Source: a virus
Reading direction: 5' to 3' (one strand)
DNA length: 64,000 nt
IMG/VR virus record: IMGVR_UViG_3300046804_004438
Span: 32,001-96,000 of that record
Shown: positions 1 through 10,357 of the stretch, piece after piece
Position numbering within the stretch: position 1 is the stretch's first letter
How the letters are laid out: every line of letters starts with the position of its first letter
The notes under the pieces: generated by a model
What the model saw: the letters and a program-made list of their open reading frames with translations, nothing else
Told to the model about the DNA's origin: nothing
Databases searched by the model: none
Position numbers and translations under genes: made by a program

Positions 1-179
1 GAAACTTGATCAATGTCAGAATATTCTAACAACCTTCTTGACTTGTAAATAGACCCTTGTTGATCCATCCACTCGTAATAAGCTTTCACAAATTGTATAA
101 AGTTGTCACCTTCTTCCTGATAGAAAGCTGGAAATTGTTGTCTAACTAATGGAGCAATTTCTTTTAAGTCTACTAGCAT
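1..179 (-). CDS. baseplate wedge protein gp7-like, N-terminus only (runs off window)
   Basis: ATG at 179-177 overlaps the gp6 stop (TAATG); reads MLVDLKEIAPLVRQQFPAFYQEEGDNFIQFVKAYYEWM, typical of the gene after gp6 in T4-like phages. Confidence 0.7.
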   Translation of the reverse strand, partial: MLVDLKEIAPLVRQQFPAFYQEEGDNFIQFVKAYYEWMDQQGSIYKSRRLLEYSDIDQV

Positions 180-1969
180 TATTGACTAAACACATTTATA
201 GAAATGAATACTTTGCTATAATCAATTTTTAAGAACTTATTGTTTTGAACAATAATATCATCATTTGTTAATTTAGCATATATGTCAATCGTATTGGTAT
301 AATCGTAAGGATTCAATTTAAAGATTAGTTCGCCTGTATTATAATTTACTGTACCAATATTATTTTCTAAAAACACCTTTGTAGAATTATTTGATAGGAA
401 GTAAATTCTTAGATTGCCAATACCATCATCTGTTATTCTTGCAGTATAGGATATACCATTTTTATAGTAAGTAAAGAAGCTAGATTTTACTACCTCATCC
501 TCACTATCATTATAAGCAATTTGTACTGGTCTGTATATTTGGTTACCAAAACTAAATTTGTAATTATTATCAATTGTTCTAGTAGGAGTAATTTTGTAAA
601 TTGCTCTTAAAGATGTCTGGTTGCTAATAATAGCATCATCGGAAGAATCTATCATAGAAAGCAATTTAGATTTTCTAATATCATCTCCAAAATTATTAAG
701 GTGTAAATTATCATAGTTAATTATTTGATTCAATACTTCTGACTTTAACTGCTGAGTACTTTTTGTTGTAAGTGAAGGATCAAACATAACTTCTGATGTA
801 ATTTCTACAAACAAATATTCTGGGTCTAGTATCACAGGTTCAGTAGTAATACTCTTACCAGTAAGATAATTAATTATTTCACTTTTTAAAACTGATGAAA
901 TAATGGGTGCATCTCCATATGGAATAGCACTTATAATTACTTTACCAAATTGTGGTGGATCAGCATTTTCACCTCCATAAACATTAACAGTTTTAATCTG
1001 AGGAAACTTTTGAAGAACCAATGTTTGATAATCGTCCGCTGTCACTGCTCTTCCTTGAGTAGCAAAATATTTTGGAGCATTTAAACGTATTGACTCTATA
1101 TCTTCTCTTTCAGATCCATCAATAGCAACAGCATTTGTTGTTACTGTTACGCTATAAAGCCCACCTATACTAGTTGTGGCAGTAAACGAACTGGCTTTAT
1201 TTGCTGAATCGCCATTGGTTGATCTATACTTTACTTTAATAATATTACCATTTGTAAGTGATTTTCCAAATACACCATCTCCAAATGAAACAGCATATTG
1301 ATCTGATACTGCACCATCCACAAAGAATACTTTGGAAGTTGGAGTTAATCCATTGAGAGTATAAACTCTTGAAAATATTGAATTGGTAGAATCAGTAGAT
1401 GAATTTATTACTGTAACTTTAATACTATTTGTATCAACATTGTTAGAACTTAATACAAAATTACTATTGTTAGCAACCGTAAAGTATTCTGTAACAATCT
1501 TACCTTCATAAACATAAACTGGATCACTTACATAATAGCCACCATTATTGTTAATAATGATATCTTGATCTGTAGAGAAGGAATAATTAACACCATCAAC
1601 AACGGTACGTATAGTATAATCTTCCGGAACAATCACATATGAAGGTGTTGCTGTACCAGTATTAATACTAAATGTTACTTGAGCTTTTGCTGATGTTCTA
1701 GAACGAGGAAGATAGTTAAGTTCTTTCGCATGCGAAACTACCGATTGTTTGATACGAGCTGAATCTAAAAACATTTCACTTCCTATCATATTAAGATAGA
1801 AAGAATTCATATATGTATTATATGATAAAATATCTAGCAATGCGCTAAGGTTTGAACCTTCAAAATCATAATCTTGAAATTGAGTTTTACTTTGTAGAAA
1901 CGTTTTAAGATTGCTCTTAATACCATCAAAGCTCAATTCTGATACACTTAAGAACCCTGTATTTGCCAT
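179..1969 (-). CDS. gp6: baseplate wedge subunit gp6
   Basis: LSFDGIKSNLKTFL..FQDYDFEGSNLSALLDILSYNT N-terminus; RAVTADDY motif. Confidence 0.92.
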   Translation of the reverse strand: MANTGFLSVSELSFDGIKSNLKTFLQSKTQFQDYDFEGSNLSALLDILSYNTYMNSFYLNMIGSEMFLDSARIKQSVVSHAKELNYLPRSRTSAKAQVTFSINTGTATPSYVIVPEDYTIRTVVDGVNYSFSTDQDIIINNNGGYYVSDPVYVYEGKIVTEYFTVANNSNFVLSSNNVDTNSIKVTVINSSTDSTNSIFSRVYTLNGLTPTSKVFFVDGAVSDQYAVSFGDGVFGKSLTNGNIIKVKYRSTNGDSANKASSFTATTSIGGLYSVTVTTNAVAIDGSEREDIESIRLNAPKYFATQGRAVTADDYQTLVLQKFPQIKTVNVYGGENADPPQFGKVIISAIPYGDAPIISSVLKSEIINYLTGKSITTEPVILDPEYLFVEITSEVMFDPSLTTKSTQQLKSEVLNQIINYDNLHLNNFGDDIRKSKLLSMIDSSDDAIISNQTSLRAIYKITPTRTIDNNYKFSFGNQIYRPVQIAYNDSEDEVVKSSFFTYYKNGISYTARITDDGIGNLRIYFLSNNSTKVFLENNIGTVNYNTGELIFKLNPYDYTNTIDIYAKLTNDDIIVQNNKFLKIDYSKVFISINVFSQ

Positions 1970-2358
1970 TATCTTACTCTTCTTAGAACTAGGTCTAATG
2001 TAACTGGTTGAGTACTATTTACTATTGAAAAAACAATAGTTACAGAATAAGAGTTTTCATCTGGCAAAGCTTTTACAGTCACACTGTAGACGTTTGCTCT
2101 AGGTTCATAATTTACAATAGTTTCTCTAATTCTTTCCCTTAAAATAAATTCAGTATCACTACTTATATTCTCAAACAAACTTTGCTTAATTCCAGCGCCA
2201 ATTCTTGGGTTGAAAAACCTCTCATAAGGATCTGTTAAAAGAAGGTTACGTATAGCCCTTTTCACTGCATTCTCGTTGTAGAGAAGCACCAGATCTTGTT
2301 TGATTGGATGAATATCCAAGTTAGTTGGTATATCTGAAAAAATAATGTTTGTTGCCAT
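1969..2358 (-). CDS. gp25: baseplate wedge subunit gp25 (GPW/gp25 family)
   Basis: AVKRAIRNLLLT..ERFFNPRIG..YEPR motifs; next to gp6. Confidence 0.92.
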   Translation of the reverse strand: MATNIIFSDIPTNLDIHPIKQDLVLLYNENAVKRAIRNLLLTDPYERFFNPRIGAGIKQSLFENISSDTEFILRERIRETIVNYEPRANVYSVTVKALPDENSYSVTIVFSIVNSTQPVTLDLVLRRVR

Positions 2359-2363
2359 AAAAT

Positions 2364-2371
2364 TATTTATA
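2364..2371 (-). promoter_or_regulatory. T4-type late promoter TATAAATA
   Basis: exact TATAAATA on minus strand just upstream of gp25. Confidence 0.65.
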
Positions 2372-3833
2372 ATGCTGATTGAATAGCTCTTAAGTATTGA
2401 GGATTATATCTTTGAATATCGTTTCCAGTTGATGCAGCTAGTCTCCAACCATCAGTAAAAGGGCGAGAACCAAATGGTGAAAATGTCTCTCCAACCATAA
2501 CACCGCTGAAACCTAGCATGAAAGGAATAGCATTATCTGATCTTCTCATTTCTATACTGGATGTAGTTGGAACATTTAAAACGCTGCAAATATTTGTAGT
2601 CATTGTGCTGATATGGCTTCCAAAATATGTGTCAGTTGGAGGTGGTGTTGATGATCCAGTTAACATTCTAGAAACTACAGAAGCCATTGAAATAGCTCCT
2701 CCAAACGAACCAAAGTTTTGCATACCAAAACTAACTACACCACCACCTCCATTTGGAGTACCAAATGCTCCCACTCTTCTGCAGAAGATTTGATCTACAG
2801 CTGGAAGTGCAACCGGTGCTTCACCAAAGAATGATTTACCAGCATAGGTAGGAGGATACAACATAGGATTGTTAGCACGTTTAGAAGTTGCTATTCTAGT
2901 GCCAATAATAACCTCAGAAAGAAATCCACCTATTGCAGATCCCCCAGATGTTGAGAGCAGCATACTAGCAGCAATTCCTCCCAATTGTCCTAAGGATCCT
3001 AAAGCACCACCAAGTGGTGTTTGATCTAAAAGTTTGGTGATTGTTGCAGCTCCAACTATAGTTGCAGCTGATGGTATTGATGTTGCAGGATTTGAAACAG
3101 AAGCTAAAGCAGCAACAGAAGCAGTTCCTCCAGCAACACCAGCATATGTGTTAATTGCTTGACTAATTGTGCTTGTAGATAACCCAGGATAACCTCTTAA
3201 AGATCCACCATAACCCATTTGTTGATGAGATGTTGATATAATAGAAGGTCCTATTACTCCAAGAGCTAATCCTAATTCTGCAGCAGATAATGTATCGCCA
3301 TAGCTACTTTGAGTATAATCACCATACTGAGCAACTTGAGAAAATTGTCCATATCTTTGGTTGACAGATGCAACTCCTTGACTTAAATAACCTACTTTGT
3401 AAATATCTGGTATACCTGTTATTCCAACAACGTTTCTGATATATCTACGATCAGCTAAATCAGGAACACCTATAACATCAGATATGTAAACTAAATCATC
3501 ATAGCTTTCATTAGCAGCTAAGATATAAAAGAAACCTTCTAATGTGTCATATGGAATAACACCATATGTAGCAAGCTCTTGAGATTTTCTTTCTATTGCT
3601 TGTTTTTCTAATGTAGTTAGAATATAATTATTTTGTGTTCGAACATAGTTAGCTGGTGCAGTTTGCGATTTTAAAGAACTAGCTGATCCTGATAATTGAG
3701 CAGCTATATTGACAGCATTATTAAATGTGTCGTTAGATGGCATATGTTCTTGGTTGCCATAAAAACCAGGCTGTCTTAAAATACCTTTTTGTATTAAAGC
3801 AGCTGTGTCTCTATTGATTCTAGTATTAGCCAA
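2367..3833 (-). CDS. hypothetical virion/baseplate protein, Gly/Ala/Ser-rich
   Basis: 488 aa ORF between gp5-like gene and gp25; no recognised motif. Confidence 0.6.
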   Translation of the reverse strand: MANTRINRDTAALIQKGILRQPGFYGNQEHMPSNDTFNNAVNIAAQLSGSASSLKSQTAPANYVRTQNNYILTTLEKQAIERKSQELATYGVIPYDTLEGFFYILAANESYDDLVYISDVIGVPDLADRRYIRNVVGITGIPDIYKVGYLSQGVASVNQRYGQFSQVAQYGDYTQSSYGDTLSAAELGLALGVIGPSIISTSHQQMGYGGSLRGYPGLSTSTISQAINTYAGVAGGTASVAALASVSNPATSIPSAATIVGAATITKLLDQTPLGGALGSLGQLGGIAASMLLSTSGGSAIGGFLSEVIIGTRIATSKRANNPMLYPPTYAGKSFFGEAPVALPAVDQIFCRRVGAFGTPNGGGGVVSFGMQNFGSFGGAISMASVVSRMLTGSSTPPPTDTYFGSHISTMTTNICSVLNVPTTSSIEMRRSDNAIPFMLGFSGVMVGETFSPFGSRPFTDGWRLAASTGNDIQRYNPQYLRAIQSAL

Positions 3834-5637
3834 CTTTTCTACCCTCCAGCGCTGCTACTGCATACGAAAGTTGTAAACCTGCAACTTTACTATGACAATG
3901 AGGGTCTGCACAAGTAAACACTGAACCACCACCTCTTTGTCCAGGTTGTGCTGCTTCAACATGACAATGAATACCACCTTCATCGTTCTTCTCAAGCAAC
4001 ACCTTACTGAACGGCAGATTGTCTCTAACAAATGCAGCTACTTCAGCAGTAAATCCGTAATCAGGTTTATTAGAACATCTTATATCAACAGCTCCACCTT
4101 TACAGTGATTTGACGATGATGCTTTTGGTCTCCACCATGAGGAAATGTAAACTCGTGATCCAAACTTTTCATATAGAGGATCTAGAATATTCCATGCAAC
4201 ATTCTGAGCTTCTGTTAGAATACTCTTTATTTCAGATTGCGGTGCATTGTGAATACCTAGAATGTTACCAACTTTAATGTGTCTAGAAAGAGGTTCGTTA
4301 CTATTGTATATCGATGTTGGAAGTGGAATTCCAGGAGTTTCTGATATACCATTACCATCAGATATACCAGCAGGCCTATCATATATTCCACTTCTTACAG
4401 CTTCTGCAGTTATACCAGTATCGTTTGGATTGTATTTGACTCCAGCACCTTTATTACCAGCAGCATAAGCCTCAGCTTGTGGATTAGGAAAGCCACCTTC
4501 ATTCTTATGAAGTGAGAATTCTTCAGCAGACATTTTAGCCGCATTGAGAGGAAAGTCTGGAGCAACACGAAGAGATGTTATGCTATCAATAATAGTGTTT
4601 GAATCTGGATATTGAGAAAGCTGAGCAGCATTGACATCTGATGCACTATCTACAGATGGTGATCCGCTTGTCTGAATATCGGTAGCAGATCCTTTAATAT
4701 TAATCTTAGCTGATCCCAATAAATCAATAGTTGAAGACGAATGAATGGAAGCAGCGCTTGTAGAAGATAGTTTAGTTGTACCATCAGCCTTAACTGCCAA
4801 ATCATCTTTAGTTGATATCGTCATTGCAGCTTCTGAAAGAACTTCTAATGTATCTTTAGCATTAATACTAACTTTTTCTTTAGCATACATACCAACATTT
4901 TTTTGAGAATTAATCTCAACATTTTTATCTGATCTAATTGTGATTTCTTTACCTGCATCCACTTCTAATGATTGTGGCGTTTGAATTCTCAACTTACCTG
5001 CTGCTGTTAATCTATTATCACCAGCAACCATTGTAGTCATATCTTTGGCTACTTCTGTCATTTTTGTTCCATCAATTGTTTCATCAACAGAACCTCCTAC
5101 AGATGTAATGAGATCTCTAGCAACGTTGATGTTCATAGCACCACCAACATTGATATCAAGATCACCTTCAGACTCAATAGTTACTTTACCATCACCCTTA
5201 AGAACAACATGACCTTTAGCAAATAATGTTAGATCACCGGTAGGAGCAACTACACCAACACCTTTCTTACCTGATGATATTAAATGAATAGATCCATCCG
5301 AGTCAATAACAATTGTAGCCCCACTATGATGTTGGAGAGTAATTGTATCAGAACCAAACGTGTTATCAATTACTACTTTATTTCCAGTTGCAGAAACAAA
5401 TCCTTGAACATCGGTAGCACTACCAATACCACCCATATTACCAGCACCAGGTCCAGTTTGAGTTATAGTTTGATCACTGGTTTGTCCTGGTTTGTCTTTA
5501 ACGTTGACTTCATAATAAGGTGCAGGGTTACCTGTACCAATTAACTGTGGTCCATCGTTTCTTCCAACACCATCACCTTCTCTGTTGGTATATGTTTTAA
5601 CTGATGAGGGATCGTCTGCAAATCTTTCTAATGACAT
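3826..5637 (-). CDS. gp5-like spike C-terminal beta-helix fused to a peptidase M15 domain
   Basis: SATGNKVVIDNT..ITLQHHSG gp5-like segment, short-period beta repeats; C-terminal ISSWWRP..SNHCKGGAVD..HCHV zinc motif. Confidence 0.75.
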   Translation of the reverse strand: MSLERFADDPSSVKTYTNREGDGVGRNDGPQLIGTGNPAPYYEVNVKDKPGQTSDQTITQTGPGAGNMGGIGSATDVQGFVSATGNKVVIDNTFGSDTITLQHHSGATIVIDSDGSIHLISSGKKGVGVVAPTGDLTLFAKGHVVLKGDGKVTIESEGDLDINVGGAMNINVARDLITSVGGSVDETIDGTKMTEVAKDMTTMVAGDNRLTAAGKLRIQTPQSLEVDAGKEITIRSDKNVEINSQKNVGMYAKEKVSINAKDTLEVLSEAAMTISTKDDLAVKADGTTKLSSTSAASIHSSSTIDLLGSAKINIKGSATDIQTSGSPSVDSASDVNAAQLSQYPDSNTIIDSITSLRVAPDFPLNAAKMSAEEFSLHKNEGGFPNPQAEAYAAGNKGAGVKYNPNDTGITAEAVRSGIYDRPAGISDGNGISETPGIPLPTSIYNSNEPLSRHIKVGNILGIHNAPQSEIKSILTEAQNVAWNILDPLYEKFGSRVYISSWWRPKASSSNHCKGGAVDIRCSNKPDYGFTAEVAAFVRDNLPFSKVLLEKNDEGGIHCHVEAAQPGQRGGGSVFTCADPHCHSKVAGLQLSYAVAALEGRKVG

Positions 5638-5638
5638 T

Positions 5639-6019
5639 TTAACCGCAATAGTTGTTATATAATGATGTTAGTGCTTGTTCTAGAGTAGTATTGTTACTTG
5701 ATATATTAGCTGTGTTAGTATACTTTGAAAGCTCTCTAATAATTTTATATAGTGTTACTTTTTGTTGTTCTGTTAAAAAGAAATCAGATGCAAAGCTAGT
5801 TGACTTTGCAAACATAAAACTATCTTTGCCACCAATAATTATTATGTTAGCTGATTGTTCGTTTGCTGAAGCACCTTGATAAACAACTCCATCAACATCT
5901 ATAATAAATGTGTAGCTTGAATAATTGTTAAGATTTACATTTTCGTTTCTCAATGTACCTGAAAAATTAAATGTAAGATTTTTACTATAAGCAACTGCTT
6001 CTGCGCTTACTTTATTCAT
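5639..6019 (-). CDS. degenerate N-acetylmuramoyl-L-alanine amidase-like protein
   Basis: YTFIIDVDGVVYQG..IIIIGG..TEQQKVTLYKII resembles the T7-lysozyme amidase fold; protein has no His. Confidence 0.4.
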   Translation of the reverse strand: MNKVSAEAVAYSKNLTFNFSGTLRNENVNLNNYSSYTFIIDVDGVVYQGASANEQSANIIIIGGKDSFMFAKSTSFASDFFLTEQQKVTLYKIIRELSKYTNTANISSNNTTLEQALTSLYNNYCG

Positions 6020-6948
6020 ACTACATTACCCGTATAAGATGTTGAAGCATATACTTTTTGAGCTTGTTTAAGTTTCTTCAAATAGTATGGAGATGAAGTA
6101 TCAATTCCCCATATACCATTTGACTTAACATAAGAAGCATCGCGTTCATACAATCCAATGCCAACTACAGCATCTTCGATAGTTGTAGAACCAAGAAGTT
6201 TTCCATATGCTCTTTTCTCGGAAGAATGAAATTCATGCCAAATAAAATCAAGTTGTTGTTCTAGTGGAGGAAGTCCACCTTTGGGAGGAATACTACTAGC
6301 ACCACAAAACTTACAAAGATTAATCAATCTATCTCTTTGCCATTGTGCAATCCCAGCAGATACTGCACCTTTGTCGTTTGGATTATATGCCTGTGGACTG
6401 ATGTTTTCACCAGACTCCACTTGAAGGTTTCCAACTATTGCAGCTACAATAATTTTCTTGTCACCAGAAGCAGCACCTTCCTTAGCTATTCTTTCCCAAA
6501 AATAATTATACACCTTACTTTTATTATTGTCACCAGATAATTGAGTTGTAGATGGTGCACTATCTCTATCTGACGGAACATTAACGGGTGCAGAACCTGG
6601 TGAAACATTAGTGCCTTCTGCGCCAGAAGAATTGTTAACAGATCCCTGTCCACCATTAATAACGCCAAGAACAATAGGCTGTTGAGAATCGGCACCATCA
6701 ATAAAGAAACCAAATACCCAGGAACCATTTACAAGATTGTGACTTAGGTTACCTCCTGATGTTTGCCCACCAGTTGTAGGATAAGAAACTATTGCCCAAG
6801 GTAAATCGCCATCAGAAACCTTTTCTATATTTTCAGTAGGATGAATACCAAATATTCTTACACGAACTCTTGCTCTATCATCGCCAACTTGCTTGACAAC
6901 TCCAACCCACCATCTAAATCTATCTCCATAAAAATCATCATATATCAT
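6016..6948 (-). CDS. gp5: gp5 N-terminal OB domain fused to a phage tail lysozyme domain
   Basis: WWVGVV..RVRVRIFGIH..LPWA..WVFGFFIDG..QQPIVLG; C-terminal AAIVGNLQVESG..GIAQW..QQLDFIWHE. Confidence 0.85.
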   Translation of the reverse strand: MIYDDFYGDRFRWWVGVVKQVGDDRARVRVRIFGIHPTENIEKVSDGDLPWAIVSYPTTGGQTSGGNLSHNLVNGSWVFGFFIDGADSQQPIVLGVINGGQGSVNNSSGAEGTNVSPGSAPVNVPSDRDSAPSTTQLSGDNNKSKVYNYFWERIAKEGAASGDKKIIVAAIVGNLQVESGENISPQAYNPNDKGAVSAGIAQWQRDRLINLCKFCGASSIPPKGGLPPLEQQLDFIWHEFHSSEKRAYGKLLGSTTIEDAVVGIGLYERDASYVKSNGIWGIDTSSPYYLKKLKQAQKVYASTSYTGNVV

Positions 6949-8405
6949 TATACCGTTCCTAATATTCTACCATTAGAACCTACGCGAGGTGAAGTGACTG
7001 ATGAGTTGTAATTTGAACGATCTATCAACTTATTAAGATATCCATCCTTATGAACTCTTACAGAAGTAGCAGCTCTATATCCAGTAGATATAACTTGTTT
7101 AACTTCAGCAACAATGAATAAACCAGAAAGATATATGTCTGGATTAACAATATTAAATCCATGATTTTCTGGTATATCAATCCAAATAACTTCACCTGCC
7201 TTTATGTCCATATTAGCAGGAATTGTAAATGATAAATCTATTTGACCTAATGCAAACAATCTTTTTGTTACACGACCAAATTTTTCTCTAAATTGTGGTT
7301 GAGAAACACCATCATCACTATCATAATTTTGATAGTTATTGACTACATATCTAACTCTGTTAGCATATTCTGATAGAGCTTTTTCATTTTTCATACTTTG
7401 AATATATTCAGGTGTATTAAGTGGATACTTACCAAGATTAAATTTAGTATCATTAGTAGGAGATAATTCAGTAACTGTACTTTTGTAAGATTTTTGAAGT
7501 AAACTAATTTCAAACATTTCGTTTTGATAATAACCACCTGCAATTTTTTCAATAGATGAAAAACGTTTATTATTAACAATATTAGTAATTTGTTTTAATT
7601 TTTCATTAATATCTCCAGATGGAATATAATCAGAAATTTCAGTATCTGATCTATAGATATATTTGTTTTCAATAAGTTTATCTATTTTTTCTCTACTACC
7701 AGCAGCTTCTTCAATTAATTTTTGCAGTGTAACAAAATTGAATTGTTCAAAATCTTCATAAAAAATATAGTAGTAGTAATCTTCAGGATATTGAGATACA
7801 GCATATTTTGTAAGCCAAGTTATAGCTTGATAAGGTCTTAGATTGGGAATAACTAGTGTTCTTTTTTTAAGAGTAGGTTCAGTAACAAAAGGCTTAGTTA
7901 TATTAAATTGAATCTGTGTATCTTGAAGAACATATTCAGTAAATACATCATCTGCTATTTTTTCTATATTATCAGAGTATGAGTGTTGTACGTACTTTCT
8001 TGTATTTTGTAGAAAGTATGGACTTATTAAATCTACGACGTACATCATGGATCTAGCTCTATCTCCAACCGAAATATCTCTTACACCTTTAATAATAAAA
8101 TTAATAGTTTTTGGAACTGGAGATAACAAATTAATTGTTTTTGTAGCTTGAGATGATTTAGAATCTATCATATTTTGTTGATATTCAATAGTAACAAATT
8201 CTTCTCCTGTAAATGGATAGTTGACAAATAATCCTATTTGATCATTAATCAAAAGCTCTCCTTTAATTGATGATTCAAATAAAGATTGATATACAGTAAA
8301 TTCAATAAACTGAGCCCTAAGGCTTATCTTATCTTGTCCATTGAATTTTTGAATTGTTACATCGTTAACAGTTAACTTTAACGGATTAAAATCTTGATCA
8401 GCCAT
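6948..8405 (-). CDS. baseplate hub protein (gp27-like position)
   Basis: 485 aa between gp53 and gp5; IPANMDIKAGEVIWIDIP..LSGLFIV C-terminus typical of hub proteins. Confidence 0.55.
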   Translation of the reverse strand: MADQDFNPLKLTVNDVTIQKFNGQDKISLRAQFIEFTVYQSLFESSIKGELLINDQIGLFVNYPFTGEEFVTIEYQQNMIDSKSSQATKTINLLSPVPKTINFIIKGVRDISVGDRARSMMYVVDLISPYFLQNTRKYVQHSYSDNIEKIADDVFTEYVLQDTQIQFNITKPFVTEPTLKKRTLVIPNLRPYQAITWLTKYAVSQYPEDYYYYIFYEDFEQFNFVTLQKLIEEAAGSREKIDKLIENKYIYRSDTEISDYIPSGDINEKLKQITNIVNNKRFSSIEKIAGGYYQNEMFEISLLQKSYKSTVTELSPTNDTKFNLGKYPLNTPEYIQSMKNEKALSEYANRVRYVVNNYQNYDSDDGVSQPQFREKFGRVTKRLFALGQIDLSFTIPANMDIKAGEVIWIDIPENHGFNIVNPDIYLSGLFIVAEVKQVISTGYRAATSVRVHKDGYLNKLIDRSNYNSSVTSPRVGSNGRILGTV

Positions 8406-8961
8406 TAATAAAAAGGTCTCTAAGTTTCTGTTTAAGGTTGTTAATATAAACAGGCTTAAGTAATTTTATTTCACGTTTAGCTTCATTCTTTTCATTTTCA
8501 TATTCCCAAATTGACTTTGCAGTCCATCCAGATGGGCTTCCAAGTTGATCATATGTAAAAGGAGTAATTGTATAATTATAAGATTGTATTTCAGCTTCTG
8601 TATCGGAAGGCAATCCTGTGTAGTAATAGTATGCTATAGTATCATTAGTATTAGTAGATGCTAACTTATAAGCTGATATACCATATTTACTTTCCAAATA
8701 ATTAATAAATTCTTTGTTAGTCATAATCCAATCTTTATAAGGATCGACAATATTATTGCAAAGATAAATTACCCAATCAAGAGTAGAATCTCCATAAACA
8801 TTACTGGCTACAATATCAGCTCTTTCACCATCTCTAATTGTATAAGAGTAAAATGAATTATAATCTTTGAGATATTCTTGTATTATCTCAACTTCTACTG
8901 CAATATTAATTGAGTAATTATTATTATAAATTATTTTTGGATAATAATTAAATAAAGACAT
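8398..8961 (-). CDS. gp53: baseplate wedge protein gp53
   Basis: YTIRDGERADIVASNVYGD..WVIYLCNNIVDPYKDW; YENEKNEAKREIKLLKP. Confidence 0.9.
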   Translation of the reverse strand: MSLFNYYPKIIYNNNYSINIAVEVEIIQEYLKDYNSFYSYTIRDGERADIVASNVYGDSTLDWVIYLCNNIVDPYKDWIMTNKEFINYLESKYGISAYKLASTNTNDTIAYYYYTGLPSDTEAEIQSYNYTITPFTYDQLGSPSGWTAKSIWEYENEKNEAKREIKLLKPVYINNLKQKLRDLFING

Positions 8962-8963
8962 TT

Positions 8964-9869
8964 TTACGTATTATCTCTCTTATAGTGTGAGCTAGAAGAT
9001 CCATTATTCATAAAATCATCTACATTTCTACCTTCACTACCACCAAAATCTTCTCTTGTACGAATATTAATTTCTTGAAAACTTAATTGAATATCTACAT
9101 GTACAGGTTGACCATCTCTATACATAACAGCACCTCCCCCCGTAGAACTTTCAATACCCATAGAAGTAATAAATGAATCTCCTACAGTAGGAGTAACTTC
9201 TGAGGGTAAACCTTCAAATTGCAATCTAGCAATATATGGATATTCTAAAGCAAACCCACCAGAATTTTTTAATATTGCAGGATGCATAAATTGTTTAATG
9301 TAATTAATCATTTGGTTCATCTTTTTAGCTTCAGGTTCAGACTTTGGAGATAGTCTCCAAGTAAATTGAAAAGTTTTTAATTGAACACCATCAAACAAAG
9401 ATGTGATGTGTGGGTTACGAATTACACCTGCTTGAGCTTGAGCTAAATTGCCTATATTTGCTCTTCCTATTAAAGCACCTAATTTTCCACCAACCAAATC
9501 AGATACTCCAGGAGATAAAGCTATAGTTCCAAAAGTTAAATTAGTTATTGTTTGTTTATTACCACTATTATATGCATTAACAAAAGCATCTGTTGCACCT
9601 TGGCCAGCAGCTAACATCCGATTAGCAGTTTCGCTCATATCACCACTTATGTTTCCAAGTACACCCAATGCCTGGCCATTAACATTCATGTTATAGGCAT
9701 CATTGAGTTGAGATGGCAACGGCAATCTAATATATCCTTTCGTTTCAGGTTCCTTTATTCCGGAACCAGCAAAAGGACGATAGTATTCTCTCAAAGTTAA
9801 TCTTGAGAAAAATTGTGGTTGCTTTTCTGGAAACTCGTAACGAGCAACTGTAGTTGAACTTTCTGGCAT
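8964..9869 (-). CDS. gp48: baseplate tail-tube cap gp48
   Basis: IRLPLP..NPH..LFDGVQLKTFQFTWRLSPKSEPEA..LSFQE. Confidence 0.85.
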   Translation of the reverse strand: MPESSTTVARYEFPEKQPQFFSRLTLREYYRPFAGSGIKEPETKGYIRLPLPSQLNDAYNMNVNGQALGVLGNISGDMSETANRMLAAGQGATDAFVNAYNSGNKQTITNLTFGTIALSPGVSDLVGGKLGALIGRANIGNLAQAQAGVIRNPHITSLFDGVQLKTFQFTWRLSPKSEPEAKKMNQMINYIKQFMHPAILKNSGGFALEYPYIARLQFEGLPSEVTPTVGDSFITSMGIESSTGGGAVMYRDGQPVHVDIQLSFQEINIRTREDFGGSEGRNVDDFMNNGSSSSHYKRDNT

Positions 9870-9878
9870 TGTTACCCC

Positions 9879-9901
9879 TATAAATACTCTTATTATTTAT
9901 A
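9879..9901. promoter_or_regulatory. pair of oppositely oriented T4-type late promoters
   Basis: TATAAATA at 9879-9886 (+, toward gp4) and 9894-9901 (-, toward gp48). Confidence 0.8.
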
Positions 9902-9913
9902 CGGTTTTTCGAA

Positions 9914-10357
9914 ATGGCATATAAGGGAAAGTTCCATCCCAAGTACCCTCAAAAGTACAAGGGTGATCCTACAAATATTATCTATAGAAGTTTGTGGGAA
10001 ATGAGATTCATGAGATATCTAGATCAACATCCATCAGTGATGTTTTGGGCTTCAGAAGAAGTTATCATTCCATACATAAGTCCTGTAGATAAAAGAGTTC
10101 ACCGTTATTTTCCGGATTTTTGGGTCAGAATGAAGGCTCAAGACGGGACAATAAATAATGTATTGATAGAAATTAAACCCCACCAACAAACTAAGATTCC
10201 TGTAAAGCCTCAGAAACTTACAAGGAAGTTTATAAACGAAGCGAGAACCTATTCCGTCAATCAAGCAAAATGGAAAGCTGCTGAAGAGTTTTGTAGAGAT
10301 AGAAATTGGCAGTTTAAGGTTCTAACAGAAAAAGAATTAGGATTAGATAAGTTTTAA
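9914..10357 (+). CDS. gp4: head completion protein gp4 (TnsA-like nuclease fold)
   Basis: KYKGDPTNIIYRSLWE..WASEE..HRYFPDF..EIKP..NQAKWKAA. Confidence 0.92.
   Translation: MAYKGKFHPKYPQKYKGDPTNIIYRSLWEMRFMRYLDQHPSVMFWASEEVIIPYISPVDKRVHRYFPDFWVRMKAQDGTINNVLIEIKPHQQTKIPVKPQKLTRKFINEARTYSVNQAKWKAAEEFCRDRNWQFKVLTEKELGLDKF

Noticed and set aside
9914-10357. TnsA-like fold as a transposon
   Set aside because: Sequence and synteny match head completion protein gp4; no transposon ends
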